A stretch of 64,000 nt of DNA from Candidatus Saccharimonadota bacterium (GTDB taxonomy: Bacteria; Patescibacteriota; Saccharimonadia; Saccharimonadales; 2-12-FULL-41-12): NCBI GenBank assembly GCA_022842995.1, contig JALHOM010000001.1, forward strand, positions 77,985-141,984. The letters run 5' to 3'. The notes under the pieces were generated by a model that ran no database searches, was not told the origin of the DNA, and saw nothing but the letters and a program-made list of their open reading frames with translations. Below are positions 1 to 9,957 of this stretch, in pieces. A program made the position numbers and the translations under genes. Positions within the stretch are counted from its first letter, which is position 1, and each line of letters opens with the position of its first letter.

Positions 1-384
1 ATAGGTTGAATTTTCGCTATCTTCTGCCAGCTGCACAAAATAGCCTTTAGGCTCTTCGACGGCTTCGTCTAAGTTGATCCGCAAATTGGCCGGATACTTA
101 AAGCTCAAGACTGAACCCTGATAATCCTTCAACTCAACCGTGGTGGCGCTTGATTCTACATTAACTGCAGGCTCATCACTAGCTGGCGCCATTAACACCG
201 ATACAACACTCAAACCCACCAGTATAAACAGTGAAACCGAAGCGATGATAATCAATTTTCTATATCTTGCAAAAAACGATGGCGGTTTTGGTGGCTGATC
301 TGGCGTATTCAAAAAATCCCAGGCTCCATTATAGTGCTGAGGGCTCGTTTGGTGTTGATTCGGATCAATGTTATTAGGAGGCAT
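1..384 (-). CDS. Membrane-anchored hypothetical protein (runs off window start)
   Basis: Not in ORF track. Manual translation from ATG at 384: MPPNNIDPNQHQTSPQHYNGAWDFLNTPDQPPKPPSFFARYRKLIIIASVSLFILVGLSVVSVLM... One TM helix, then 'SFKYP' (PsbP-like start); frame open to position 1. Confidence 0.7.
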   Translation of the reverse strand, partial: MPPNNIDPNQHQTSPQHYNGAWDFLNTPDQPPKPPSFFARYRKLIIIASVSLFILVGLSVVSVLMAPASDEPAVNVESSATTVELKDYQGSVLSFKYPANLRINLDEAVEEPKGYFVQLAEDSENSTY

Positions 385-407
385 ACCGCTTATTACCTAG
401 TGTAGCA

Positions 408-2672
408 TTACTTGGTCAAATAATTGTCCCGGTTACTCTCGCCGTGAACGATCATCGGGTCACTGTAACCGTCGTCGATATCAGTCACGTCTCCGCCACC
501 GCCAAAGACTTGGTCCATGCTGCTGACCAATACCTCTCGGGGCTTCGAGCCATCTGCCGGACCAACAATACCCTGCTCTTCCATCGTCTCGATCAAACGG
601 GCAGCCCTGGAGTAACCGACACGTAGGCGGCGTTGCAGAAGTGACGTGCTGGCTTTTCGACCTTCGATAACAACACGGACGGCGTCTTCCCACATATCAT
701 CATCGGCATCATTCGAGGCAGTCGTTTCAGCCACAATACCACCGCGGCCATTAAACTGAACCGGCTGAGAAACAACCTCATTGTCGTACATCGGCGCCCG
801 TTGGTCACGGATAAAGTCTGTAACCTTATTGGTTTCATCGTCATCTATGAGCGCACCCTGTACACGAATTGGTTGAGGCATTTCGCTGGTTTTAAAGAGC
901 ATATCACCACGGCCCAATAACTTCTCGGCACCGATCTGATCGATGATAGTTCGTGAATCAACTTGAGATGAAGTCGTAAAGGCAATCCGCGCTGGAACGT
1001 TGGCTTTAATAAGTCCCGTAATGACATCGACGCTCGGTCGCTGGGTTGCCAAAATCAAATGAATACCAACCGCACGCGCCTTCTGCGCAATCCGAACAAT
1101 TAATGCTTCCACGTCACGCGCGGCCATCATCATCAGGTCGGCGAGCTCATCAATAACGATCACAATATATGGCATGCCCTCTTCTTTTTTGAGGTTGTTG
1201 TATTCGGCGATATTTCGCTTCTTAACTTCGGCCAACGTACGGTATCGTCGCTCCATTTCGGCTACTGCCCACTTCAGTGCACTAATACATTTTTCTGGCT
1301 CGGTAATCACTGGTGTCAGCAAGTGAGGAATCTCGTCATACGGCGTAAGTTCCACTGTTTTTGGGTCAACCAAAATCAACTTCAGATCCGCAGGAGTGTT
1401 ATGGTAGAGCAAGCTGGTTAAAATTGTGTTCACCATCACCGACTTACCAGAACCAGTTTGTCCAGCCACCAAAAGGTGTGGCATTTTAGCAAGATCACCA
1501 ACTACGGGGTTGCCGGCAATGTCTTTTCCGATCACAAAACCAAGTGGCGTTCGGCTCAGTGCCTGCCACTCGCTAGACTGCAACAAACTACTCACCCGTA
1601 CCGTCGCCGACTTGATATTCGGAACCTCGATTCCAACCAAACGCTTGCCCGGAATTGGCGCCTCCATACGAATCGAATGCGCCGCCAAATCAAGCGCTAG
1701 GTTGTTCTCTAGAGCAGTAATTTTGGTGAGCTTAACACCGGTCGGAGGCCTCAGAGTATACTGGGTTACGCGCGGGCCAACATTCGCCCCTTCCATCTCG
1801 ACATCGATATTAAAGTTATTGAATGTCTCTTTGATAGCTTGAGCGTTACCCTCGACATCGCCAGCGTTAGCCTTGTCTTGCTTTTGATTAAGTAGTTCGA
1901 GAGACGGAAAGACCCATTCTGAATCACTGGTTGTAGTCAGGGCTTCATGATTCTGCTTGGCAGTCAGCTTTGGTGCCGAGTTTTTAAAGCTATGCAGGCG
2001 TTGTTTCTTGCCGTCGACGGTTTCCTCGTGTTCATGAACCATCGGAACACCCTCGTTGAGCTTGAAGTGTTTTTCTTTAAGATCTTGCAGGTCGGTATCT
2101 TCGGTCTTTTCTTTCTTGACCCCACTAAATACCTTCAGTAGCACCTTAAACGAAATGCCGAAAGCCAAGAAAAACATAATAAACGCAATGATAAAGAACA
2201 CCATAGACGCCGGAATTTTATCGAGCGCAGAGAGTAAGGCGCCACCGATTAATTCGCCGATCGCACCCCCATTGCCTTCTTGTGGCGTAGTCGGAACCGA
2301 AGCGGCAGGATCAGGAACGCTCACAAATAACGAATGCATCAATGCCGCGACCGCCAAAACGAAAGTCGTCATGGTCAAAAGCTTCGGTAGTGGCACCCTA
2401 CGCTCTTCGTGTCGAAACTTTATGACCGCAAAAAACATCAGAGCAATCGGAGCCAAATAAGCAGCCCAACCAAGCGCCCAGTAAACACCCTTAAACATGC
2501 TGACGGGCAACGTACCACCATAATTGAAGCCGCCCAGCATCAACAGCACAGCCAAAATACAGAGAACAACACCCCAAGCAATCGGCCAAAAAACAGATCG
2601 TTCTTTGACGGCCGCCGCTTCGGATTTTTTCTTTTTAGCTGGTGCTTTCTTTTTTGATTTTTTGGCTGCCAT
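408..2672 (-). CDS. ftsK: DNA translocase FtsK/SpoIIIE
   Basis: N-terminal TM helices, Walker A GQTGSGKS, IVIDELADLMM, ATQRPSVDVITG, gamma domain SLLQRRLRVGYSRAARL. Confidence 0.97.
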   Translation of the reverse strand: MAAKKSKKKAPAKKKKSEAAAVKERSVFWPIAWGVVLCILAVLLMLGGFNYGGTLPVSMFKGVYWALGWAAYLAPIALMFFAVIKFRHEERRVPLPKLLTMTTFVLAVAALMHSLFVSVPDPAASVPTTPQEGNGGAIGELIGGALLSALDKIPASMVFFIIAFIMFFLAFGISFKVLLKVFSGVKKEKTEDTDLQDLKEKHFKLNEGVPMVHEHEETVDGKKQRLHSFKNSAPKLTAKQNHEALTTTSDSEWVFPSLELLNQKQDKANAGDVEGNAQAIKETFNNFNIDVEMEGANVGPRVTQYTLRPPTGVKLTKITALENNLALDLAAHSIRMEAPIPGKRLVGIEVPNIKSATVRVSSLLQSSEWQALSRTPLGFVIGKDIAGNPVVGDLAKMPHLLVAGQTGSGKSVMVNTILTSLLYHNTPADLKLILVDPKTVELTPYDEIPHLLTPVITEPEKCISALKWAVAEMERRYRTLAEVKKRNIAEYNNLKKEEGMPYIVIVIDELADLMMMAARDVEALIVRIAQKARAVGIHLILATQRPSVDVITGLIKANVPARIAFTTSSQVDSRTIIDQIGAEKLLGRGDMLFKTSEMPQPIRVQGALIDDDETNKVTDFIRDQRAPMYDNEVVSQPVQFNGRGGIVAETTASNDADDDMWEDAVRVVIEGRKASTSLLQRRLRVGYSRAARLIETMEEQGIVGPADGSKPREVLVSSMDQVFGGGGDVTDIDDGYSDPMIVHGESNRDNYLTK

Positions 2673-2753
2673 GAGACTTATATTTTACCCTAGTGATACA
2701 GGTTATGTATATACTACGTATTGTAGCACAATTTACTACAAAAGTCAACCCGC

Positions 2754-3467
2754 TTATGTCGTCCTTACTAGGGACAACAACGGAACTGAGAACAAATCTT
2801 CTTGATGACGAGAATCTAATTCAAAATTCCGACCAGCTTCTAGCCTCTTCTGAATTTTTTGACGCCTACGATTTTCTGAATATGCACCGCTTATAACTAG
2901 ACCTACGAAGGTTCCTACCGCGCCAACTGTCGCGGTAACTACACCGGCAACGGGCGATATTTCATATGCCACCGCAACTCCTACACCCGTCGAAACGCTG
3001 GATCCAATCCAATTTCCTGCAACAAGCCTATTTCTTGCCGACCGATTATGCTCTCCCTTTGTAGCGTACTGTGCCAATCCAGATTTTAAGGATTCATTAA
3101 TCTTTACTTCTTGGATTGCGGCCAATTGTTCAGTAGTATATTCTCCAGATCGTTGCGTAGTACCGATATTCAGATACAAGAGATGGTGATTGTCTTGAGC
3201 CGATGAAAGATGTCGTCTTGCGTTTCTCTTTTCTATTAGCTCAACGGAAAAACCATCGTCATATTGACAGTTTATTGCCCGGAGCGGCGTTACGAATTGT
3301 GAGCCATTCATGAAATTAACCATTTCCAGTACACGGCCCAATCTATCTATATCTGGAACTAATTGGAATTCAGCGTCATTAATTTTGTAATTAAGTGCTG
3401 GGAGAGTCAGTAGAGCGCCTGATCTTGGCAAGATTATTTCTTGACTGATTCGATCCGCACTACTCAT
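2754..3467 (-). CDS. Orphan hypothetical protein with C-terminal hydrophobic helices
   Basis: 237-aa ORF with Gly/Val-rich TM pair; upstream TTGTTA-17-TATACT promoter-like sequence. Confidence 0.6.
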   Translation of the reverse strand: MSSADRISQEIILPRSGALLTLPALNYKINDAEFQLVPDIDRLGRVLEMVNFMNGSQFVTPLRAINCQYDDGFSVELIEKRNARRHLSSAQDNHHLLYLNIGTTQRSGEYTTEQLAAIQEVKINESLKSGLAQYATKGEHNRSARNRLVAGNWIGSSVSTGVGVAVAYEISPVAGVVTATVGAVGTFVGLVISGAYSENRRRQKIQKRLEAGRNFELDSRHQEDLFSVPLLSLVRTT

Positions 3468-3639
3468 AAGATTTTATAATTCCCTTTTGATCTCGAGTAT
3501 ACAATTTGCGTAAGTGTTTAACAACTATTTCTTCATCTTTTTCCATTATCAATAAAATGATTCTAAAATAATACATGTCAGACGACTAAACTATCCGGAA
3601 TAGCGGGCATCTTATTAATCCACCACTCTAGACGTGTGC

Positions 3640-4065
3640 AGGCAGGCTATTTGGCGAGAACCTCAGGAGTGGACGTAATTTTGGGTGCGTCTGGCACGGA
3701 AACAGAGAAGATCCTACCTCCACCACCGACCGGCAAGAGCAGCGAGCCTAGCCTTTCAGTCCGTTAAACACCTGCGGGAAAACAGCCTTGTATGTGAGTG
3801 CAGTTTGGGTGAAGTTCGAGAACCGTAAACAGGGCGTACTCTAAGGTATGTCCTGTGCGGAAGCGCGCATTACCACAGGCCAAAAACGTATATATTTGAG
3901 TGCAGTTTGATTTTTTGGCGAGAACCGCAATCAACCACAGGCTGAAGACCGTTGTATGCGAGCGCAGTTTGGGTGAAGTTCGAGAACCGTAAACAGGGCG
4001 TACTCTAAGGTACGTCCTGTGCGGAAGCGCAGAAATTCATTCAAAATGTGCCGCATACAAGGGTC
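3640..4065. repeat. Cluster of RPE/REP-like palindromic elements (one complete ~120-nt hairpin at 3947-4065, one ~80-nt copy at 3788-3866, degenerate partial copies)
   Basis: Near-identical direct repeat TTGTATGyGAGyGCAGTTTGGGTGAAGTTCGAGAACCGTAAACAGGGCGTACTCTAAGGTAyGTCCTGTGCGGAAGCGC; 3947-4065 folds end to end (GACCGTTGTATGCG...CGCATACAAGGGTC). Confidence 0.8.
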
Positions 4066-4067
4066 GA

Positions 4068-6155
4068 TTAATCGACCCTTGCGTCTTGGTTGAGTAGTTT
4101 CGCCCTCATCTTAGCAAACCGCTCCTGCAACTCTGCAGCCTCTTGCTCTGGAGATTTTTGACCTTGCGGCTTGGCGCCGCCGACATTTGGCCGGTTTTGA
4201 CCTTGCTGGCCCGTCGGCTTCATGTTTTGACCACCTACTTTGGCACCGCCAATGACATTTACTACCGGGATAACGATTGGACTTCGCCCTGTCTGCTCGT
4301 ACAAGAAATGCGTAACGTGTTCGCGCAGTTCGGCCTTAAATCTATCGAGATCAATCCGTTTAAAGCGCTGCGAAACAGCTCGTTTTAGCTCTGCCCGGAA
4401 GGCATTCATAAGCTCTTCTTGGTCCTTCATGTAGATAAATCCACGACTGATGATATCTGGGCTGGTCATCAACTGACCGGACTTCTTGTCAACCGTCAGA
4501 ACAACCGCCACCAGGCCTTCCTGCGAAAGCATCAAGCGATCCTTAACCACGATGTTGCTTACGATAGCGCCCGTTTGATCAACCAAAATTGTTCCATGCG
4601 GAGCAACACCGGCGATTTCCATCTTGTTGCCGTCGAGGGCAATAACCTCTCCGTTTTCAGCATTGATCGTGTTTTTACGAGGAATCCCCTCTTCCACAGC
4701 CGCCTCAATGTGACGCTGTTTCGACCGATACGAGCCATAAATCGGGATAAAGAATTTCGGCTGCGTCATCTGTATCATTTCTTTATATTCATCGATACTT
4801 GCATGGCCAGATACGTGAAGCGGCCCACAACCATCAAGGTCGCGTGTTTCGTGCCTATAGACATGAACACCTTTACGCATAAGATCATCTACCATGTTGC
4901 CGACAAGAGCGTCGTTACCAGACTCAGGAATTGGCGTTGAACTCAAAACCACGGTATCTTGTGGCTTAAGCTTGATATGCTTGTGATCCCCGGACGCCAT
5001 TCTCTGCAAAGCAGAGTTAGGCTCACCCTGACAACCAGTCGACACAACAACAATCTGTTCATCCTTCATACTGGCGACACTGGCGATGGGAACAATCGTG
5101 CCTTTCGGAATGCGTACAAAACCATGCCTCACAGCCATCTCGAGCGTACTAACCATGCTTCGTCCATCTAACGCGATTTTACGGCCATGATGTGACGCAG
5201 CGTTAATGATCATCTGGATACGGTTGACGTTGGTCGAGAACATAGCCATAAAGCAACGCCCAGGAGAATTTTCCATAATATCTATAAAGCTTTGTTCGAT
5301 AGTGCTCTCGCTCGGGGTACGGCCAGGACGTTCTGAAGTTGTGCTTTCGCTCAAAAGCGCCAAGACACCTTCTCGCCCAAGCTCGATCAATCGCTCTGTG
5401 TCACTGCGCTCGTGGTCGAGTGGGTTTGGATCAAGCCTAAAGTCTCCGGTGTTAATAATGCGTCCGACAGGAGTATCCAAGACAACACAGGTACTGCCGG
5501 GAATTGAGTGAGTAATTCGCACAAATTCTAGAGTAAATTCACCAATTTTCAGCCGTTCATGAGTGTTCTCGTTCATGGCGACGGTCTTGAGCTCAAAACC
5601 ATCTGGCATCGGCAGACCGAAGTTCTGGAAGATCTCTTCGACGCGACCGATACTAAATCGACTACCATATACCGGCGCCGGGTATAGCGGCATCATGTGC
5701 GGCAAACCACCAATATGATCAAGGTGGCCATGCGTAATAATATAAGCCCTGAGCTTGTGCTTAACACTGTCTAGATATGACATGTCGGCAATACCGTAGT
5801 TAATACCCGGCAAATCAACACCAAGATCTGAGCCACAGTCAATAATCACGACGTCATTTTTGTATTCAACTAAAATGGTGTTCTTTGAACCACCGCCGTC
5901 CATACCGCCAAGACCAATAATCTTGAGGCGTGGGCTATCGTCGATAAAGTTCGCGCGTCGCTGCTGTTCGCCACCGCCCGACTTGCTGTCGGCGTCTAGA
6001 TACTGACTGGCAATGCGAGTAGCATCTTCGGCATTACGTTTTTGGGCACGAATGGCTTCACCGCGACTTATAGCGCGCTTTTGCGGCTGGCCGTTCGGAG
6101 CGGCTTTATCGCCTCTGTTGTTTGGTCTTTTTCTATTATCTTTTGCTGGTGGCAT
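4068..6155 (-). CDS. rnj: Ribonuclease J
   Basis: THGHLDHIGG MBL motif, HSIP, TGDF, HVSGH. Start placed at ATG 6155, which has a GGAGAA SD (ORF track starts 6218). Confidence 0.95.
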   Translation of the reverse strand: MPPAKDNRKRPNNRGDKAAPNGQPQKRAISRGEAIRAQKRNAEDATRIASQYLDADSKSGGGEQQRRANFIDDSPRLKIIGLGGMDGGGSKNTILVEYKNDVVIIDCGSDLGVDLPGINYGIADMSYLDSVKHKLRAYIITHGHLDHIGGLPHMMPLYPAPVYGSRFSIGRVEEIFQNFGLPMPDGFELKTVAMNENTHERLKIGEFTLEFVRITHSIPGSTCVVLDTPVGRIINTGDFRLDPNPLDHERSDTERLIELGREGVLALLSESTTSERPGRTPSESTIEQSFIDIMENSPGRCFMAMFSTNVNRIQMIINAASHHGRKIALDGRSMVSTLEMAVRHGFVRIPKGTIVPIASVASMKDEQIVVVSTGCQGEPNSALQRMASGDHKHIKLKPQDTVVLSSTPIPESGNDALVGNMVDDLMRKGVHVYRHETRDLDGCGPLHVSGHASIDEYKEMIQMTQPKFFIPIYGSYRSKQRHIEAAVEEGIPRKNTINAENGEVIALDGNKMEIAGVAPHGTILVDQTGAIVSNIVVKDRLMLSQEGLVAVVLTVDKKSGQLMTSPDIISRGFIYMKDQEELMNAFRAELKRAVSQRFKRIDLDRFKAELREHVTHFLYEQTGRSPIVIPVVNVIGGAKVGGQNMKPTGQQGQNRPNVGGAKPQGQKSPEQEAAELQERFAKMRAKLLNQDARVD

Positions 6156-6218
6156 GACAATTCTCCATGTCTTCTTGTCGTTTTTAGGACTAATTTCTTC
6201 AGCCCTACGTTTACTCAA

Positions 6219-6956
6219 TTAATTAATGTAGTTTCTTATGATCTGAAAGTCATCAAACAGGGTTTGCCGGAGGCTGCCGTTATATAATGCTGCCGCCGGA
6301 TGATACAGCGGAAGGATGACCATGGTCATGCTACCCGAGTTGCGAGGTGAACTCGCATCTTGGTCAGTATTTGAAGCCCTCTTCTTCGTTACGGGATCCG
6401 GTACTGCCTCGGCGTATTTTCCATACGCCTTAGTACGCTTCTCTCCGTCGCCTGGCATGTCGTCTCCGACAATATCCTGCCCGTATACAGGCGAGCTTCT
6501 TTCGAACACCTCAACTTCATGAGGTTGGCCATGGACCAGGGAGATCTGATTTTCGGGAAGGAAAAACTCCATACTGTGCCTGCCAAGCGTCACGACAACT
6601 CGCGGTTTGATAACTTTTAGCTCGCGAAGTAAGTACGGCCAAAACGCACGCTTCTCTTCAGGGAGAGGATCTCGGTTATTTGGCGGCCGATACTTCACGA
6701 TATTGGTAATGTACACGTCCTTGCGCTTAACGCCGTTTGCTTCGAGCATTTCATCTAGAAGTTTTCCGGCGGCGCCGACGAACGGAACCCCGTGCAGATC
6801 TTCGTTTTTACCTGGCGCTTCGCCGATAAATACTACTTCTGCCGTCGGGTTTCCATGGCCCATGACGAGCTGGGTCGCACCTTGAGCCAAATCTGGACAG
6901 ACATTATGTTGAATAATATCTGCCTTGATTTGATCAAGCTTTAGATCGTTTCCCAC
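6219..6956 (-). CDS. udg: Uracil-DNA glycosylase family 4 with ~50-aa internal insertion
   Basis: GEAPG...PFVGAAG, NIVKYRPPNNRDP, YHPAAALY motifs. Confidence 0.93.
   Translation of the reverse strand: MGNDLKLDQIKADIIQHNVCPDLAQGATQLVMGHGNPTAEVVFIGEAPGKNEDLHGVPFVGAAGKLLDEMLEANGVKRKDVYITNIVKYRPPNNRDPLPEEKRAFWPYLLRELKVIKPRVVVTLGRHSMEFFLPENQISLVHGQPHEVEVFERSSPVYGQDIVGDDMPGDGEKRTKAYGKYAEAVPDPVTKKRASNTDQDASSPRNSGSMTMVILPLYHPAAALYNGSLRQTLFDDFQIIRNYIN
6367..6509. repeat. Palindromic element inserted in-frame in udg (RPE-like)
   Basis: Terminal inverted repeats GTATTTGAAGCCC...GAGCTTCTTTCGAACAC, central hairpin GGCGTA-ttttcca-TACGCC, extra sub-hairpins; coincides with the non-conserved protein insertion. 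Confidence 0.65.
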
Positions 6957-7221
6957 CGGGTTGAATCTTCACTGGACTAGAATTGATTGCGCGAATCATT
7001 TCATACACCGTATTGGCCGCAAAGTAAGCGCTGGCGATTAACGCTAAATACACATACATTGAGCCGGTATCTATCGCGATAGAACCAAAGATATATACGG
7101 CTAAAAGCCACGCAACAGATAACAAGGCGTACTTCTGGCTTTTATCGGATTCGGGTTTCACAATCTGTTTTTTTGAAGAACTATTGGTTTTGGCAATTCG
7201 CTTGGTAGAATTACTTTTCAC
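6934..7221 (-). CDS. Small membrane protein
   Basis: Two TM helices; overlaps both the pnp stop and the udg start, consistent with an operon. Confidence 0.65.
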   Translation of the reverse strand: MKSNSTKRIAKTNSSSKKQIVKPESDKSQKYALLSVAWLLAVYIFGSIAIDTGSMYVYLALIASAYFAANTVYEMIRAINSSPVKIQPGGKRSKA

Positions 7222-9349
7222 GGGCTACTTCCTTCATGCTTAATTGTAGCCGACCTTTGTCGTCAATAGCTACTAATTTAACGTCCACCAGATCACCTTC
7301 CTTAACCACATCACTCGGCTTATTGACACGCTCTTCGCTCATCGCGCTGACGTGCACGAGACCATCTTTACCTGGCAAAATCTGTACGAAGGCGCCAAAA
7401 TCCATAACGCTCACCACAGGCACTTGGCGATATATTCTACCAACCTCTGGCTCTTCGGTGATGTTCTGCACCCATTTAATCGCGGCTTCGATACTTGCTT
7501 GGTCTGGGCTCGCGATCATAACCGTTCCGTCGTCTTTGATATCGATCTCGGCTCCGGTTTCGGCGATAATCTTGTTAATCATCTCACCGCCCTTACCGAT
7601 AACTTCTCGGATTTTGTCGGGGTTGATCTTGATAGCCTCGACACGCGGTGCATACGGGCTCATCGAATCACGGGGCGCCGGGATAACACTCAACATGTGG
7701 TCCAAAATCTTTCCACGGCCCTCTTTGGCCTGCGTTAAGGCTGCCCTCAGAACATCCACTGGTAAACCGTGAACTTTCATATCCATCTGGAGTGCCGTAA
7801 TACCTTCGGTGGTACCAGTCACCTTGAAGTCCATATCGCCAGCGAAATCTTCGGCGTCAGCAATATCACTCAAGATTATTGGTCGATCACCATCTAGCAT
7901 AAGTCCCATGGCGATACCGCTCACTGGTCGCTTCAGAGGTACACCCGCGTCCATCAAGGCCATAGTCGAAGAACAAGTAGCAGCCATAGAGGTACTACCG
8001 TTTTGGCTCATAATTTCGGTTACCGACCGAATAGCATACGGAAAATCAGCTTCGTCAGGCAACACTGCCGTCAATGCACGCTCTGCCAAATAACCGTGAC
8101 CAATTTCTCTTCGGCCAGGACTACCGAGTCGGCGAACTTCACCGACTGTCCAGCCTGGTGCATTGTAATGATGCAGGTAGCGACGCTCTTCGTCCTTTTC
8201 CATCGTATCTACGACCTGTGCGTAGCTGAGAGGCGCCAGAGTAACGATGTTCATAGCCTGTGTCATACCTCGTGTAAAAATACTCGAACCATGCGTACGC
8301 GGCAACACACTAACTTCGCTCGAAAGTGGACGAATTTCATCGAGTTTACGACCGTCAGGACGAATTCCCTCGGCCACAATACCGTCACGCACGTCTTTGT
8401 GTAGAGCTACGGTAAATGCATCGTCATAGGCCTGCCTGTGAGGCGCAAATTCTTCGTCACCGAGTTTTTCGCGGAAATACGCTTCCATGTCTTTGCGCAT
8501 ATCGCCGATCAGTTGATTGCGCTCTGGATAATGCTTGCGAAGGCTCATGCCCAACTTGCCATCAACCCACGCATCAACGGCAAACTGAATATCGGTATCT
8601 GGTTTCTGGACTGCATATTCTTGAGCTTCTACACCCACCTTGGCCATCAATTCTTGCTGCAGCTTGATGGCTGGCTGCATCATTTCCTGAGCAAAGGCGA
8701 TGGCATTGATAACTTCTTCTTCGGTGGCTTCATTTGCTCCTGCTTCGACCATCATGACACCGTTTTCGGTACCGGCTACCACGAGATCAAGCTTGCCGTT
8801 ATTCAGTTCTTCGGCGGTCATAAAGGCTTTGAATTCGCCATTTTCGTCCATACCAACGCGCAAACCAGCGACCGGACCCTCAAAAGGTGCTCCTGTCAGA
8901 CAAAAGGCTGCAGAGGTGGCAATCATAGCGATAACATCAGGTCGGAACGTCGGGTCAAGGCTGAGTACCGTAGCCACACCTTGCGCTTCGTGCCGATAGC
9001 CTTTTGGCCACAACGGACGAATAGGTCGATCTATCAAGCGACCGATCAAGACCGCGTCGTCACTCGGGCGCCCTTCTCTTTTAATAAAGCGCGAGCCGCT
9101 AATCTTACCGGCGGCGTACATTTTTTCTTCGTAATCAATACTCAGCGGAAAGTAGTCAAAGCCGTCGAGCGACTTATCGCTCACCATAGCCGTTCCTAAA
9201 ACTACTGTATCTCCGTAGCGAGCAATAACACTAGCACTGGAACGAAACCCAACGCGGTTCACTTCCAAGGTTAATGTTTTGCCACATAGCTCCGTCGAAA
9301 CAGAGACAATCTGCTTGCCGTATGGGTTAATGATCGAACTCATTATCAT
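7211..9349 (-). CDS. pnp: Polyribonucleotide nucleotidyltransferase (PNPase)
   Basis: RREIGHG, NGSTSMA, GDMDFKV, ITALQMDMK, KH and S1 domains. Confidence 0.98.
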   Translation of the reverse strand: MIMSSIINPYGKQIVSVSTELCGKTLTLEVNRVGFRSSASVIARYGDTVVLGTAMVSDKSLDGFDYFPLSIDYEEKMYAAGKISGSRFIKREGRPSDDAVLIGRLIDRPIRPLWPKGYRHEAQGVATVLSLDPTFRPDVIAMIATSAAFCLTGAPFEGPVAGLRVGMDENGEFKAFMTAEELNNGKLDLVVAGTENGVMMVEAGANEATEEEVINAIAFAQEMMQPAIKLQQELMAKVGVEAQEYAVQKPDTDIQFAVDAWVDGKLGMSLRKHYPERNQLIGDMRKDMEAYFREKLGDEEFAPHRQAYDDAFTVALHKDVRDGIVAEGIRPDGRKLDEIRPLSSEVSVLPRTHGSSIFTRGMTQAMNIVTLAPLSYAQVVDTMEKDEERRYLHHYNAPGWTVGEVRRLGSPGRREIGHGYLAERALTAVLPDEADFPYAIRSVTEIMSQNGSTSMAATCSSTMALMDAGVPLKRPVSGIAMGLMLDGDRPIILSDIADAEDFAGDMDFKVTGTTEGITALQMDMKVHGLPVDVLRAALTQAKEGRGKILDHMLSVIPAPRDSMSPYAPRVEAIKINPDKIREVIGKGGEMINKIIAETGAEIDIKDDGTVMIASPDQASIEAAIKWVQNITEEPEVGRIYRQVPVVSVMDFGAFVQILPGKDGLVHVSAMSEERVNKPSDVVKEGDLVDVKLVAIDDKGRLQLSMKEVAREK

Positions 9350-9364
9350 CTCATCCTTTCGATT

Positions 9365-9449
9365 GATCGCATCGATTCAGCTATACCGTTTTGTAAGTCT
9401 TTGCCACTCATTACGAGTAAGACTTGATATACCTGCTTTCGGTGCGACC
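9365..9449 (-). promoter_or_regulatory. Long structured hairpin in pnp 5' leader (possible RNase III/autoregulation site)
   Basis: Stacked stems GATCGCATCGA/TCGGTGCGACC, CAGCTATA/TATACCTG, AAGTCTT/AAGACTT, ACTC/GAGT just upstream of the SD. Confidence 0.5.
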
Positions 9450-9646
9450 ACTATTTGATCTTAGTCACTCTAGCACCTAATCATTATAGATTAGTTCGTT
9501 ATAAATGTGGGCAGAACTTGCATCTCTTTACACGCCTTAAGAGGTGAGCTCCGTAGAGAACGCACCATTTTTCATTTATTTTTACTTGGTGCTCTCATTT
9601 CGGTGCATTCGCCGCGTGGGTGAACGCACACCAATGAAAGTATCAA

Positions 9647-9913
9647 TTATCTTCTAATACCGAGCTTCTGGATCAAGTCGAGGTATTTTTGGCTGTCTTT
9701 TTCGGCAATATAACGAAGCAAGCGCTTGCGCTTACCTACCATTTGCAAAAGTCCACGGCGAGCCATGAAATCTTTTTTGTTCACTTTAAGATGCTCGGTA
9801 ACTTCAGTGATACGAGCAGTCAATATACCTACCTGTGCTTCAGGAGAGCCAGTATTTTTCTTGTCTTTAGCAAGATCGGCAACAATAGCCTGTTTTTTCT
9901 CAGATGTAATCAT
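9647..9913 (-). CDS. rpsO: 30S ribosomal protein S15
   Basis: TGSPEAQVGILTARI...RRGLLQMVGKRKRLLRY; classic rpsO-pnp order; start at ATG 9913. Confidence 0.97.
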   Translation of the reverse strand: MITSEKKQAIVADLAKDKKNTGSPEAQVGILTARITEVTEHLKVNKKDFMARRGLLQMVGKRKRLLRYIAEKDSQKYLDLIQKLGIRR

Positions 9914-9957
9914 TAGAAAGTAGGATATCACTTTATCCACAGGATTGCAAGATGATA

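Noticed and set aside
3590..3790. Housekeeping ncRNA (tmRNA, RNase P, SRP) in the long spacer
   Set aside because: No recognisable conserved motifs; the region contains a degenerate copy of the palindromic repeat
3788..4065. CRISPR array
   Set aside because: Repeat units are ~80-120 nt, only two good copies, no regular unique spacers and no cas genes; better explained as palindromic elements
444..9199. Many 60-250 aa ORFs antisense to or nested in ftsK, rnj and pnp (similar ones in groEL, polA, rpoD, valS)
   Set aside because: Shadow frames of well-supported genes, with no motifs or independent signals
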